From NCBI GenBank assembly GCA_013239625.1, contig MU054220.1, positions 1,727,509 to 1,791,508 of the forward strand: a stretch of DNA of 64,000 nt, in the 5' to 3' direction. Position 1 is the stretch's first letter, and each line of letters begins with the position of its first letter. Below the pieces are notes generated by a model that had not been told where the DNA came from, did not search any database, and saw nothing but the letters and a program-made list of their open reading frames with translations. Shown here one piece after another: positions 11,001-58,479 of the stretch. This DNA comes from Lama guanicoe (Eukaryota). The position numbers were made by a program, and so were the translations under genes.

Positions 11001-14000
11001 GCAGGTGAGTTACAAAACCCTGAGCGCTCTGAGAGGAAAACTGAGGCTGTGGAACACCAGGAAAATGTGATGAGTGCTTCCTGGTGTGAGGAGCCATGCC
11101 ACTTGGGTTGGGGCAGGAAAGAGTTCCCTGACAAAAGCAGGGGGGACGAGTGAGTGCTCCATGCTGAGTCACACCCCTGTGCCTTGGCTCCAGCAGTTCC
11201 CACGGTCTGAATGCCGTTCCTTCCTCTGGTGCCGGTGAACTCCTACACATATGTCAGGGCCCATGGACACATCATAGCATGACCAGGCCTGGCCTGGCCT
11301 GATGGCTCATCACCTCCCTCCTCCCACCCAGGGCCTGAGCATACCCGGAGGCCGGCCTTCTCAGCGTCCTCGTCAGCCCCACCCAGGCAGGCATCTGCTC
11401 TGGGGCTCGAGCCCCCGCCGTCCTCTGCTCCAAAAAGCACCGTTTCCCTTTTCTGGGTGACCACACGCCATGCACAGGGAATTTCCATCTCGGCCTGTGG
11501 AGCCTCTGATTCACTCGGGCCCTTTATGCAGTTAACTCCTTCCGAGTCCGTGCCTCCTGCTCCCGCACCCTGGGCTGCCCCTCATGCCCGCCCTGGATCC
11601 CTTGGTAGCCTCAAACTGGCTTTGGGGCCCACAGCCTGGAAATCAAGTCAGCCCCTAACTCACTGGCCCCCTCAGGGCCCTCTCACTCCCCTCCTATGCC
11701 CAGAGACCCCCGTCCCCCAGGCTTCTGGAACACACATGAGGGCAGCATTTGGGCTGAGAGCACAGGCTTTGGAATAAGATAAGTCTGGTCCAACCCTCAT
11801 TCTGGCCCTTTCTACTTTGCCACCTGGAGCGGTATAAAGATCTGCTCTGAGCCCCACTTCTCATCTGTAAAACTGAGACAAGTCCTGTCCCGTAGATCCA
11901 GTGTGCTGGGCCCATCACAGGGGCTCAGGAGTGATTATTTTTCCTTCTTTGCAAAGGCCCCCTCATTCTATCACCGGGTCCCTACTCCAGCCCTGGGCCC
12001 CCTTTCCCCGTCTGGCTTTCCTCTCCCAAGAGCTCAGGCAGGGAGGGGGAAAGAAGTACGGGCAGGGCAGGGGAGGGCAGACTGCTGCTGTCTCAAGACT
12101 CTCCTCCTCCAGCTTCCCAGCTCCTCACATTTCTCAGTTTTTCCAACAAGGCTTCAGAGAGGCTAGGGGGTAGGAGCTCCGAGGAGCTGAGGGCCACAGA
12201 GATCCTGAGGCCTCGGGGACAGGGCTGAGCCTTCCTCCCCTCAAGAGATGCCTGGTGTGTGCATCACACAGGAGCATCACACATCTCTAATTCTCACAGC
12301 CCTGTGTGGTCCATCCTGTTATTGCCCCCGTTTTACAGATGAGGACACAGAGGCTCTGAGGAGTGACTTTTCCTCAGCCACACAGTGAATAAAGGGCAGG
12401 GACGAGATTCAAATCAAGGTCTCTGGAGCCTTCCTCCTAACCTCCACAAGGCTCAGTAAGGAGGCCAGTGAGGGAAACGCGCACTTCAGTGAAACCCTAC
12501 TGTATACAAGGGGAAGGCTTACCCAGATCGCCTTTCTGTCCTCTGCAATGTGGGGGACTGGGGCTTGTGGACCCCTTGGTAGAACTGAGGCGTCTGAACT
12601 TCGGGGAGGGGAAGGAGCTCGCCCATAGGCCGCATAGCCAGCCAATTGTGGGGAAGGATCCAGGGGTACCTCGACAGAAGAGAATGGTGTTGGGGGCTCC
12701 ATAGAATAGGGGACCTGGTTGGGGGGGAAGTGGCTCCTGTCCTCAGTGAGCAAGCGGGAGGGGGGGTGCTGCCCGTGGTGAGCAGGAGGAAGTCGCTGTG
12801 GGTGGCGGTGGGTTTGAGGTGCTGGAGGCTGAGTGATGTGGCCAGGAGGTGAGGTCCCCGTCTGCAGCCCTGGTCAGCAGGAGACAAGGGTGTGGAGGGG
12901 GGACCGGGAATCAGGGCATGAAGGAGGTTGGGCTGCTCTGAGATCTGAGCCCCTGGCCATGGGGACTGGGGAGCAGGGGGCAGGAGCTGGCGCTGAGTGC
13001 GGGGAGAGACTCTGCAGAGCTGGGGAGAGATGGAGGTGAAGGGAGTATCTGGGGCACAGCCAGGAGTAGGCGAGCCCTCGAAAGACAGAGGCCTAAAGGA
13101 GTGGAAGAGGGTGAGACTGTGAGCAAAGGCCGTGGGAGATTGAGAAAGAGGTTCTGGGAATGTTGAGTAGTGTCTTCACAGCACGGGCCTCAGAGCTTTG
13201 GACTTCAGCCTGTGAACAAACAAGGGCTAAGGAAGATCTTTAGGTAGGGGAACACCCATGGGAGAAGCTCGAGTTGGGAGCAGCTGCATAAGCACATGTC
13301 CTGGGGCTGCTCAGAGTGGCAGTCACCTCCCACCCCACCCCAGCTCCTAGCTGTGTGTTCTCAGGTGCAACCCCTTGCCAACCGGACCTGGGTTTCCTGT
13401 CTGTAAAATGGCCCTGATGGTAAATTCCCAGGATGGAGGGAGGTGGAATGAGGTAATGCAGGTTGCCTGCAGGGCCTCAAGCCAATGTGGGGTCCTTTCC
13501 CCTGGCTTTGTCCTGGCCCTTGTCCTGGCTCACAGCACCTTGTGAGTGCCTGCTGTGGATGCGAGCTGGGGTCTCCAGACCTGGGTTTAAGCCTCACTTG
13601 TACTTCTGTTGGCTGAGTCATGGGCCACTTCTGAGCCTCAGTTTCCTCAACTGAGGTACCACGGGGATGATAAGGGCCCCAGCTTCAGGTATGATTAAGG
13701 AAATGAACGCTGCAAGGGTGCTGCTGTTCTCCCAGAGCCAAAACCAAATTCCACCCAATGCCCCCCAAAACTCGCCTGACCTGTCCCTCCCCCACCCCCA
13801 GCTGGCTCTGCTCTCACTGGGGTCCTTGCGGGTCCCCCCTGCCTGGAGCTCTTCTCCCAGATATCTGCTTAGCTGGCTCTTTCCATCTCTTCCAGGGTTT
13901 GTTCAGATGTCGCCTTCTCTGAGGCCTGCCCTGCCCACCCTCTTCAGACTGCAGACTGCCCTCCACCCCACCCCGCCTGCCACCCCCCTTCCCCAGTTGG

Positions 14001-15489
14001 GCAGTGTCCTTTCCCATAGCTCTTGCTACCGTGCAAGTAATGCTCCCACCTACTCTGCTCATGCCCTGTCTTCTCTGCTCCAGAACACGCCCCAGGGGAC
14101 AGGGATCTTAGCCTGTTTGGTCGCCTGGCCCGTAAAGGCCCTGAACACATTATTTGCTGGATACCTTAATGCACCAAAGAGCCAGCACAGTGCTCTGACC
14201 AGAGCTTGGGGAGCTCTGAGGGGCCCTAGGAGCCTCTCCCAGTGTCTCAACCATGAGAGGAAGTTGCAAGACGGCCATTTCTGTACACAGGCTCAGCTCT
14301 CTTTGGTCAACTTTCCCAGCTCGTGCTCTGAGGCCTGAGATTTCCCACATGCCCCATCGCACTCCATGGAAACGGTCGCTGGGAAAGTGGGGAGGGGGGC
14401 ATTCTCTTCTTTCAGAGGTCTTTTGGGCTGAGGTTGAGGGGTTCTGTGGGAGGTGGGGTCGAGTGCCCCATGTGGACTCAGCTTCGAGGACACGGTGCCC
14501 ACGTTTCCGATTGTGATGCAACAGCACCCAGCCTACCGCCTCAGCCACCCAGCCCAGTGGGGACAAAGGCCACCAGGCCCTCTGCCATCCCGGGCCTGCC
14601 TGACCTCCCTGTCACTCAGTAGGGCCCGCCCTACACAGCCGCCCACAGCCAGTGGGGTGGGGAACAGCGCTGTCATGTGCTGCCAGTGGGAGGGTGGGGT
14701 GCTACCACTTCTATCCAGGACAATGTGACAATATCTCTATATCCATCTATCTATTTAAGAATTAAAAATTCAGTGCCCTTAAAACTAATACAGTGTGATA
14801 CAACACTTATATCTCAGTTTTTAAAAATACCTTTGATGTCAAAAGCAGTGTCAAACATTTCTGCATATACTTCAATTTAAAAAATAAAACATTTTTAATT
14901 AAAAAAATTTTCTGTGCATCTACATTATAGAATCTAAATAATTATCCGGTCTTTTTCCCAATGAGTTAAGATAGAGAACTATGTCATTTTCAATATTACT
15001 TATAATCGAAGGGCTTTTAATTTCTATTTTAGGTAATTTCTGATACTATTTATTAGTGTCTACAGGGAGATGCGTGAATGTTTTTGACTTAGCCTGTATT
15101 TGGTTGTGGTGATTTTCACTTCAGTATCAGTCTCTTAATTGTCAAGAATAGCCTTGAAAAATTAAATATAGAGAAACAATTTATAGCGTTTTAGTTTCTT
15201 TCCCTTCCAGCATCTGTAGAAGTAGCCCTTTCTCCTACATTGTTTTCATTTAAGGCAGAAAAATATGTTTGGTCCTTTGCTGTTGAAGGTTGTTTCTTAG
15301 AAAAAAGCAAATGTGAAATCATGAGAATTGCTACTTGGAGCCAGTGTTACAGTCTATCCAGCCCAGGAAACGACGTTGAACTCCAGTCTTCCCCCAGCTG
15401 TTCCAGTGGACACTCCCCTCTAGCTTCCCTGCAAAAGAAAAAAACCAAAAAAAACAAACAAACAAAAACAAAACCAAAAAAAACCTCAC

Positions 15490-16365
15490 TGCTCTTTGAC
15501 CAAATATTTCAACTTTGGGGAATTTATGCATTAAGACATACACTTGCATATGTGTGGATTAGCAAATTTTATCAATTGCAGGATTGTAATAGCAAAAGAC
15601 TGGAAATAATCTGAATGTCCGTTAATAAGAGACTGGTTAAATGATTCCATTGTTTTTAAACAATGGAATACTATGCAGCAATGAAAATGGACCACAGCTA
15701 CACACAGCAACAAGTTGGGAAAAAGAGGCACGACCCAAAAGAATGTTTACACTATGATTCTTTTTGTATGAAGATTAAAATCTGTTAAGAACTAAACTAT
15801 ATTGTTAGAAGTGTTTACATACTTGGGCAAACTATTTTAAAAAGACAAGGAAATGATTACTGAAAAAGTTAGGGTAGTATTACTTCTAGAGGGGGGCAGG
15901 TTGTAATCAAACATTTGGGGGATGCTTTTGTAGTGCTGGCAATATTTTATTTCTTGACCTGGATGGTTGTTATGTAAGTGTTAGCTTTATAATTATTCTT
16001 TGAATTGTACATAAATGTTTTGTGCAGTCTTTTGTATGAATGAAGGCTCTCGTGATTTAAAAGTATCACAGTCCATCCAAACAGTGGAATACTATATAGC
16101 CATTAAAAAGAACAAGACAGCTCCATATGCATGGATTTAGGGGGGAAGAAACAACCAAACCAAAGTGAAGTACAATGTTTAGTGTGCTACCTTCTGTGTA
16201 AAATTTAAAACAGAATATATCTGCTTCTAATGCTTTTGTCTATTTAGACTGCCTCTAGAAAAACACACAAAAATCAGGTGACAGGGAATTGGACAGCTAT
16301 TCCTTTTTTGTACCTTTTGGATTTTATACCCTCTGCATATTCAAAAAATAAAATAATTAAAAAAA
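15490..16365 (+). mobile_element. Old L1M 3' fragments; boundaries approximate
   Basis: gtaatagcaaaagactggaaataatctgaatgtcc...atggaatactatgcagcaatgaaaa; AT-rich island. Confidence 0.6.
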
Positions 16366-18257
16366 ACCTCTTTCACCTTTCATGCCTTGGAGCACCTAAG
16401 ATTCTTCGTCTTAAACCAATTTATTGCCCATAAAGATGTGAGCCACAGCCCAACATGATGCACCTGGCGACCTCCAGCAAGTCAGGGACAGTCTCTGGTC
16501 CCCGTTGTTTCCTCTGCTGCAGAAGAGGCAGGCTGGGCACGTGCTCCTCTCAGGTCCCGTCGCTTCCCAGCCACGGGCTGTCCTGTCTCTCCTCCCTCTT
16601 CTTGGCCCTCCTCTTCCACCACCCTCACCCTCTTGTCTCTTGCCTCACGTCTGTCTACTCCCTTCTTTGACTTGACTCTTCTTGACTCTCTCCTATTTTT
16701 TTTCCTTTCGCTTCCTCACCAATCCTCACTGCCTTCCCCTAGCCCCATACTTGGCTTCTCTTCCTTCTGCCCCCTTCCCTCGCACTAGAATCCAGCCCTT
16801 CCTAGAGCCCCAGAAGGCAGATTTCCTGCCCCAGCTCTCCACTCACAAGTGTGACCCTGGGCAAGTCACTGACCTCCGGGGCCTTAGTGTCGTCTTAGTT
16901 ACATGAGCTCACAAGGGTGGAGGCACTCAGAACAGTGTGGGGCACTCAGAAAATAATGTCCCCCTTTCATAAGGAGCTGTTAGCTCCAGGGTTGTGGTTT
17001 ATCAGACCTTCCCTGCTCTGCTCGGGATTGCTTAGAATCTGGATCCTGCTATTCCAAAATCTTCGAATAACAGCGGGTCCCTGGGATGAAAGTCTCGGGC
17101 AGAGGCCTCTGGTGCACTTTGGGAGGAAGGATGGGGAGGACTTGCTGGTGTGTGAACAGACACAGGAGGCTGGAGCTGCTCAGAAAGTGGGAGTCAGTTC
17201 AGCCCATTTCCAGAGATTTGGGGCCCTGGGTCTTTTACGGGCTTCCTTGCCCAGGCCCCTTGGGTTTGGCCAGCCTGGGGACAATGGAACCTCTTTCTTC
17301 TCCTGAGGCCCCTTAAGACTTAGGCCTCAGAGCACATAGCGGACCTGGCCTGCTGCCTGCACGCACGCATGGACAAGAGCACCAGCGAAGCCTCTACAGT
17401 TGCCCCGATGCCGCCCAGTCTCCTTGGCTTGAGACTCAAGGCTCTTTGCTTCCAGGCACAAGGATGGAGCTCACTGTCCCTTGTTCTCTCCCGCCTCCTT
17501 GCCTTTACTCAGGCTGGTTCCTCCACCAGACATGCTCTTTCCTTTGCATGTTTTCCTACCTGAGGCCCTGACCTAATTAACTGTTCCCCAACTCACCTAG
17601 TACCCCTTGCGCCCCTGCCTCCCCGAAGAACCATACTGTCTGCTTACATGTCTGTTCCCTCTGTGAGCTCCTAGAGGCCCAGGGCAGGCCACATTCATGT
17701 TTGTGTCCCCTTACCAGGCCCAGCACATGGAAGACCCCCAGTAAAAAGTTAATGATTAAATGAATGAATGAATAGATACGTAAGCATATAAACAAACCAA
17801 ACCAAGACAAGAATGAATGCATGAATGAACACATCGGCGGGGACCTGGATCTCAAGCAGTTGACCCACCCCCAATAGGCATCCAGTCGGCTGGGACTAGG
17901 CCTTCTTGATGGGAAAGTGGGGACAGCCATGGAACTGATGCCAAATCAACCCACCTCTCCCCTCCTCTTGGGGAGGGGTTTTGGTCAGATTCCTAGGGAG
18001 TCCAGGGAACTAGTGACCCGGATATCTTGGAGAATCCCAAGTGTGGATGCAAAAAAATCAGCGAATGTAGGTGAAATCGATCTGATGGTGAACCCAGACC
18101 TGTGAATCCCGGGTCTTTGCTGCAAGTGAAGAAGCACTTGGGGAGTCTGGTCTTCCACTGACAGGAAGGAGGCAAGCTAGTCTTAGTGGGAAGGGGATAT
18201 AAAGCGAAGGGTTAGACTACACAGGGAAGGAAGTTGAATCTTCAAGAAGTTCTTCCC

Positions 18258-18353
18258 TAGGGTGAGTGGCTATAGCTCAGTGGTAGAGTGCATGCATGAG
18301 GTCCTAGGTTCAATCCCCGGCACCTCCAATAAGAAAAATAAATAAAATAAAAA
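18258..18353 (+). mobile_element. tRNA-derived SINE (camelid Vic-type) with TSD
   Basis: A box tagctcagtgg, B box ggttcaatcc, A-rich tail; TSD AAGAAGTTCTTCCC at 18244-18257 and 18354-18367. Confidence 0.88.
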
Positions 18354-18534
18354 AAGAAGTTCTTCCCCAGAGAAGTGGCCTCACCAGACATCAATGGATC
18401 AAACAGTGTCTCTGTTCACTCTTCTGCCCTCCAGACTAGGTTGGGAGCTCCCTGAAGGCAGGGATCTTGTCCAATACTTTTCTATTTTCCCGATACTCAG
18501 CATAAAACCTGAAACTCAGTTAGTACTGGCAGGA

Positions 18535-18910
18535 TGCATAGATGGATGGATGGAGGGATGGATAGATGAGTGCATGGGTGGATGGATGGATAGATGGATG
18601 ATGAATGGATGGATAAGTGGATGAATGGACCAATGGATGAACTGGATATACGTGGACAAACAGATGGAAATATAGACCGATGGATGGATGAGTAACAGAC
18701 GGATGGGCTGATATATGAACACATAGATGTCCAGATGGACAAGTAGATAAACAGATGGGGTGGATGGATGATGGACTAATATATAAATGGATGAATGAAT
18801 AGACAGTTGGATAAGCTAGTGGACAAATAAATGTATGGCTGGCTTGATGGGTGGATAGATGTATTGACAAACAAACAAATGGATGGGACAATAGATGAAT
18901 GGATGGACAG
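18535..18910. repeat. Degenerate (GATG)n simple repeat
   Basis: Repeated gatg/gata/gaca tetramers. Confidence 0.85.
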
Positions 18911-19544
18911 ACAAGAAAATTTGTAAACTAGGAAGACTGGATTGATATTAAGGCATTGGTAAGAGGCGGGGAAACTGAGAAATCTGATCTGGGAGTAGAG
19001 CACCTAGGGATTGGGAAGAAGAGTGGGACTCAGGAAACTGGGAGGAGAGGGTGTAAGAACCCTTCTGGTGGAATGGGAGCCTGTGTGAAGGGACTCGGAG
19101 GGAAGGGGAAAGCAGCACTCTGCTGAGGCCCCTGACCCAGAGCCCAGGCCCAGGCTGGGTAGAACCGGAGTGTTGAGGGGCCCAAGGGCCCAGAAAAGAG
19201 CCAGACCCGGCAGTCTGCTGGATCAGAGCCCCCAGCCAGTCAGGCCGACCCTAGAAAGTGGAGGCCCCAAGGGGCCACCCTTACCAGCTGTCCCCAAGGA
19301 AGTGATTGTTGGCCACATGGGGGTCTCAGGAGAAGTAGGTGTTTGTGGGTTAGGGGTTAGAGAGCCTTGGCAGGGCCTGGGGACAGCAAAGGCTTCCCGC
19401 TGGTGGAGCTAGCCTTGCTCCCTCCCACTCTTCCTCCCCACCCTAACCCCAAGGCCGCCCCTCATAGTCCCAGCTTCCTCTGGGCAGGGGGCCTGGCCCC
19501 CATGGCCTCCCAGGCCAGGCCCTGGAGCACCACCTGCCCCAGCC

Positions 19545-19660
19545 GGCCAGAGACTTCCTGTAGCGCAAGAGATTTATGCAAACGGGCTGGGGTGGTGATG
19601 TCACCCCAAGGGGACTATCTCCCAGCGGCAGGCCTTCGATAAAATCAGGAACTTGCGCTG
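19545..19660 (+). promoter_or_regulatory. SPI1 proximal promoter (TATA-less)
   Basis: octamer variant ATGCAAAC 19576-19583; GATA motifs 19615-19620 and 19637-19642; PU.1 autoregulatory site AAAATCAGGAACT 19641-19653. Confidence 0.85.
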
Positions 19661-19834
19661 GCCCTGCAATGTCAAGGGAGGGGGCTCACCCAGGGCTCCT
19701 GTAGCTCAAGGGGCAGGCCTGTGCCCTGCGCCCGCCCCGAGTCCGTCCAGCCCCTGACGGGGCGCCCCATCCCGAGGGGCTCCGCACTGGCTCCCACCGA
19801 GGCAGGGGACCCGATCAGCTCGGAGCTCGGCTGG

Positions 19835-34696
<14,862 letters not shown>

Positions 34697-34743
34697 GCCC
34701 AGGCCCGAGCCCGCCGGGCCCGCCAGGCCTCCCCGCTGGCCAT

Positions 34744-34751
34744 AGCATTAA
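34744..34751 (+). promoter_or_regulatory. miR-155-5p 8mer target site in SPI1 3' UTR
   Basis: AGCATTAA 47 nt after the stop codon; PU.1 is an established miR-155 target. Confidence 0.85.
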
Positions 34752-35069
34752 CCCCTCGCCTGGCCCGGACACAGCGGGGGCAGCTCCCAGGGGCCAGGGG
34801 CAGGACTGTGGCGGGCCAGGCCTTGCCTCCCCGCCCACCCCCTTCTCCAAGGCCCCTGCCCTCACCCTGCTTCGCCTCCCACCAGGACTCCAGCCCTGGC
34901 TCCAGGCCTCCTGGGCGTCTGGCCCCAGCAAAGGGTCAGCGGGCTTAGTACAACCAGGGGTACTTCCTTGGGAGATCGAAGTCATCATATCTGTGTAAAT
35001 TGAACCCTCCTTTTTCGCATCTCTCCCATCCCTACACCTCGCCCCCCTCTGCTTCCTAAAGAAACTATT

Positions 35070-35075
35070 ATTAAA
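35070..35075 (+). terminator. SPI1 polyadenylation signal (ATTAAA variant)
   Basis: First hexamer after the GC-rich 3' UTR, followed by T/GT-rich sequence near 35110-35135. Confidence 0.7.
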
Positions 35076-35516
35076 GTTATTTTCAGTGAGTCATCTTGCA
35101 GCACAGTCTCTTTTAAATGTGTTGTGCACCTTGTCTGCCCACCCCCGACCCACCCACCCCCACCTGCTCTCTGGTTTTCTCATTTGTCTATCGGATGTTT
35201 CTCATTTACTGAGGATCCAACCCAATGCTGGACGCTGGGGACATGAGGACAGATGACACACAGTGCCTGACCAGGAGGAGTCAGAGCCAGCAGAAAGAAC
35301 CAGTCCTCAGTTGTTCTTAGAGAAATAAATCTTTCAAAAGACCTCTGCACCTGATAAATGTTGTTTGTAATTGCCTCAGTGAGGGTTAAACTCATACCTT
35401 TAGGTCACGGCCCCAGGGATGATGATGGCAGTAAGAATGGCAACAGCACTGGATTATATGGCCATTTATTACATGTCAGCCTTAAGAAGTGCATCTAAGT
35501 CTCAGCAAAAAAAAAA

Positions 35517-35630
35517 GGTGACAGTAAATATATGTATGTTCACGTATAACTGAAAAATTGTGCTTTACCTGGGAATTCTACACAACATTGTAAAATGACT
35601 ATAACTCAATAAAAAATGTTAAAAAAAGAA
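35517..35630 (+). mobile_element. Short, 5'-truncated L1 3' end
   Basis: atatgtatgttcacgtataactgaaaaattgtgc...acaacattgtaaaatgactataactcaataaaaaa. Confidence 0.75.
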
Positions 35631-37114
35631 AAGAGTATGCCTAATATCATCCCATTTTATTGACTGGGAAACTGAGCCTCACAGAGGTCAACTGATTTGT
35701 CCAAGATCACACAGCAAGTAAGGGATGGGCCGGATCCCACCCTACGTGGGCTGCCACGTCAGCGTGTGGTGGGAGGCTTCATGCGTGGAAGTGGGTATCG
35801 TGCGGCTCAGTCAGGAGCAGGAATGAAGCCGCAAACCATCCTCACGGAGTCCATGTTGGCTGGACCCTGACACAGGTGAACCCCGCCCATGCAGCCCAGC
35901 GTCTGGTCGCTCTGACTTCTGGCCCATACAGAGGAGAGACAGAAAAAGAAGAGCAGGAAAATCTGTAAGTTTCCTGCTTCCAACAGCATGAGAAGGGGCG
36001 GCTGACGGCCTGGGAGTGAGGAAACTCCTCAGCAGCCTGCAGGCCGCAGAGAAGCCAGATTCTGCGGCAGATATCCCACACACCTCCTCGCCCCAAGAGT
36101 TTGGTCTGGGGAGGCCCAACCATGACCTCCCTCTACACAGGTCTCGGGGCCCTGAGAGAAGGAAAGTGATGCTCAGTCCCCTTTAATGAAGGCCCGGGTG
36201 CTTGAAATGCAGTTTAAAAGCAGTTAAAATGGCAGAAAAGAAATAGATTTCGGTGTTAAAAGGGATGGTAAGTTTTGACCACATGGACAAGGCTTGTGTA
36301 CAGAATTCCTCTCTCCTGACGATGAAGGATGAGTGACCTTCCCGTATATTGGGTCTTGCTTGTAGTGGGTCACGTGCAATTTGCTGCTTTCTATGTAGCA
36401 CCCAGTGTTCCCGATGTGACCCAGGAGGGGAGTGTGGGAGCAGTCACAGAGGGCAGGAAGTCACAGAGGAACAGTGAGGGGAGCATGAGGGCATTCAGAA
36501 CATTCTGGCAGTAATTGTTGCATGAATCCTTGTGACTTGAGCAAGCGCTGCCTCTGCCTGTATCTCCCACTTCGGGGTATAGAGATTTATCTCCATGTGC
36601 TCACCTGCAGGCTCACCTAGCCCTTCCCCTTGGGTGATATCAGCCCCCAGGATTGCTCCCTCCTCCCCGGCCCTGGACTAAGCCCACCCAGGGTTCCACC
36701 GCATGAGGCCAGCCCGGGGCCCTGGAGCTGTGACAACTTGAGCAAACGTTCCTTCAGTATTTTCTATATGGCCAGCCCTGCTCTAGTGGTCTTATCGGTA
36801 AATGCTCTTTGTACGTGGAACAACCCTGTGTGGGGGGTGCTGCACCCACTTGACAGATGGGATTAAGACACTGAGGTTGAGGGAGCAGTGGTGCCAGGAC
36901 TCAGGGCAGCCCAGCCCCAGGTCTGTGTGAGTCACCACTGCCTGGCAAGGATGTGTTTGACTCATCAGCCTCAGGTGGGGGGGGGGCGGCATACTCCCAC
37001 TGCACAATTTGCATCAGAAAGACATACATATAGGCCTTGGGGTATCCCTGAGGTTCATGGAGGGTTGGGGGTCAGAAGCTATCACGTTGGGCTGACTGGG
37101 GAGGGGACAGGAGC

Positions 37115-37245
37115 CAGCCAGGAATGAGGGGGCCCCACATTCTTCTGGAGATACCTCAATCTCTGGAATTTGTCTATATTTAGCAGGTGGCTGGGCAGGG
37201 TGCAGATAAGGAGGGCCAGGGAGGGGGTGGCCCGTTATATAGTGC
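37115..37245 (+). promoter_or_regulatory. MYBPC3 cardiac promoter
   Basis: M-CAT/TEAD GGAATG 37121-37126; MEF2 CTATATTTAG 37174-37183; E-box CAGGTG 37184-37189; GATA AGATAA 37204-37209; TATATA 37236-37241, ~80 nt before the ATG. Confidence 0.85.
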
Positions 37246-37318
37246 GGGGACAAGTCCCTACTCAGATCCTGTTTGGGTGGCCCGTGCCTGCTTGGTTCCT
37301 GGTGTGACCTCTCCCAAG

Positions 37319-56877
<19,559 letters not shown>

Positions 56878-57038
56878 CCAGACTGGCTCCCTGGGGATGG
56901 CCAGGTACGTACTCGATCACCCTGACGCCAGGGCCCAAATCAAAGCACCACCAAAGGGGCAGCCACCAGGAAATGGGGGTGCAGGTGGCGCTTAGCAAGG
57001 TTTCACTCCAGCTCACTCACAAGGGAACCTGTGTTCAG

Positions 57039-57345
57039 GTGCAGCCGGATGCCAGCCCACGTGCCAAGAGCCTGGAAGGAAGCTGGACAAGCCACCTTCC
57101 TGTTGGACATATGTGTGCAAGTGTGTGTTTTGGAGTTGGGCTAGCAGAGCACCAGTGGGGCAGCGTAGTTATGAGCAGACATTGGGAGGGGGGGCGTGAC
57201 TCCACACAGACTAAACTGTCAGAGCGCCCGCTGGAAGCTCGCAGATCCCTGGACTTAGGAAATGATGGCTGGGGACAGGCCCTTCTGACCTGCCGTGTTT
57301 TCTCAGTGTGTAAGGGCAATAAAAGATCAGTGCAGTCACAGAGAA
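57039..57345 (+). other. MYBPC3: MYBPC3 non-coding last exon (exon 35, 3' UTR); end approximate
   Basis: acceptor gttcag| at 57038; AATAAA at 57318-57323. Confidence 0.7.
57318..57323 (+). terminator. MYBPC3 polyadenylation signal
   Basis: AATAAA with downstream T-rich sequence near 57350. Confidence 0.8.
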
Positions 57346-58473
57346 CTGACTCTTCTTGTCCAGCATGGCTGTTCTCACAAAAAGCACAGGAAGATTTACT
57401 TATCTTGAAAGCAAAGTGAAGGCAGGTATTCCTTCTCTCAGATGAGTTAAATGAAGCCCAGAGTGGGATCTTAAGTTCATAGAACATTAACACTAGTCTC
57501 TCTCAGAGAGAATCTCAGCATCCCCCACTTTTACACTCTTCAAATGAGGAAACTGAGAGGCTGTGATGGAGAAAAGTATATTATTAGCAACAGCCAGAAA
57601 CTCAGGCTTTCCTATCTTTGTCCTGGTGACCCATGGTCACAGCAGCCTGGACAGGGGGCAGTGCTGAATCTCAATGTGGTTCTGTCCCCACAGGGCCTAG
57701 AGTCAAAGTGTACTGGCTGCTCTGGGGTCCCAGTGGGCAGCAAGCCCCCTGCCCATTTGCACCAGTGTCGCACGGGGAGAAAGCGATCCTGTCTAGCACA
57801 AGACACTGGGAACCAGTAAGATGTAAGGGCTGGGCCCCTACTCTGCTCTTCCTTCCTGCATCGGAAGCCTAAATCCCATCACCAGTTTCCTTTTGGGAGA
57901 GGATGCCAGCGGCTCTCAGAGGTGCCCTGATAAAGTGTAAAGGGTCCTTTCTGTCCAGGGAGCGCCAGGTTTTCCCATGGCATAGAAAAACATTTCCATG
58001 AAGGCTGGTCCCAGGATTGCTTTCTCCTAGTTCTACCCAGCCCCTAGACACTCCTGGCCCAGAGCCCTGGGCTCCAGGCCCTGGGCGAGTCACCACACCT
58101 GGAGGAACACAGGGAGCTGGGACACCAGGCCGTGGTTTTTACTTCACGACTAAATTCTCGCTGCTTAGGTGTCAAAGCCCAGTTTGGCTGCTCCCTCTAG
58201 TGGCCAACTCTTGGCAGAGCAGCCCTCTGGGGGCCCCTGAGGCACCCCACAGGAGGAAGCCCAGGAAGCGTGGTGAGGAGCCCCACTGGGCCTGAGGGTG
58301 GGAAGCAGGGGTTCAGCATGCCAGTGCTAAGATGGGCATGCTCCCGCCTCCCTGATTCCTTCAGGCCAAAGGTGCCCTTGTCCCCTCTACAGGGTCAGTC
58401 TTCCTCAGGCACAGGCTGAGAGGAGGCATCATTTAATGCATGGAAGCCAGGAGCCCCAGGGGAGTTAAGGACA

Positions 58474-58479
58474 TTTATT
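58474..58479 (-). terminator. MADD polyadenylation signal
   Basis: TTTATT on + strand = AATAAA on - strand, ~0.93 kb after the MADD stop. Confidence 0.75.

Noticed and set aside
19721..19834. GTG-initiated in-frame N-terminal extension of PU.1
   Set aside because: Poor initiation context; open frames are common in GC-rich leaders.
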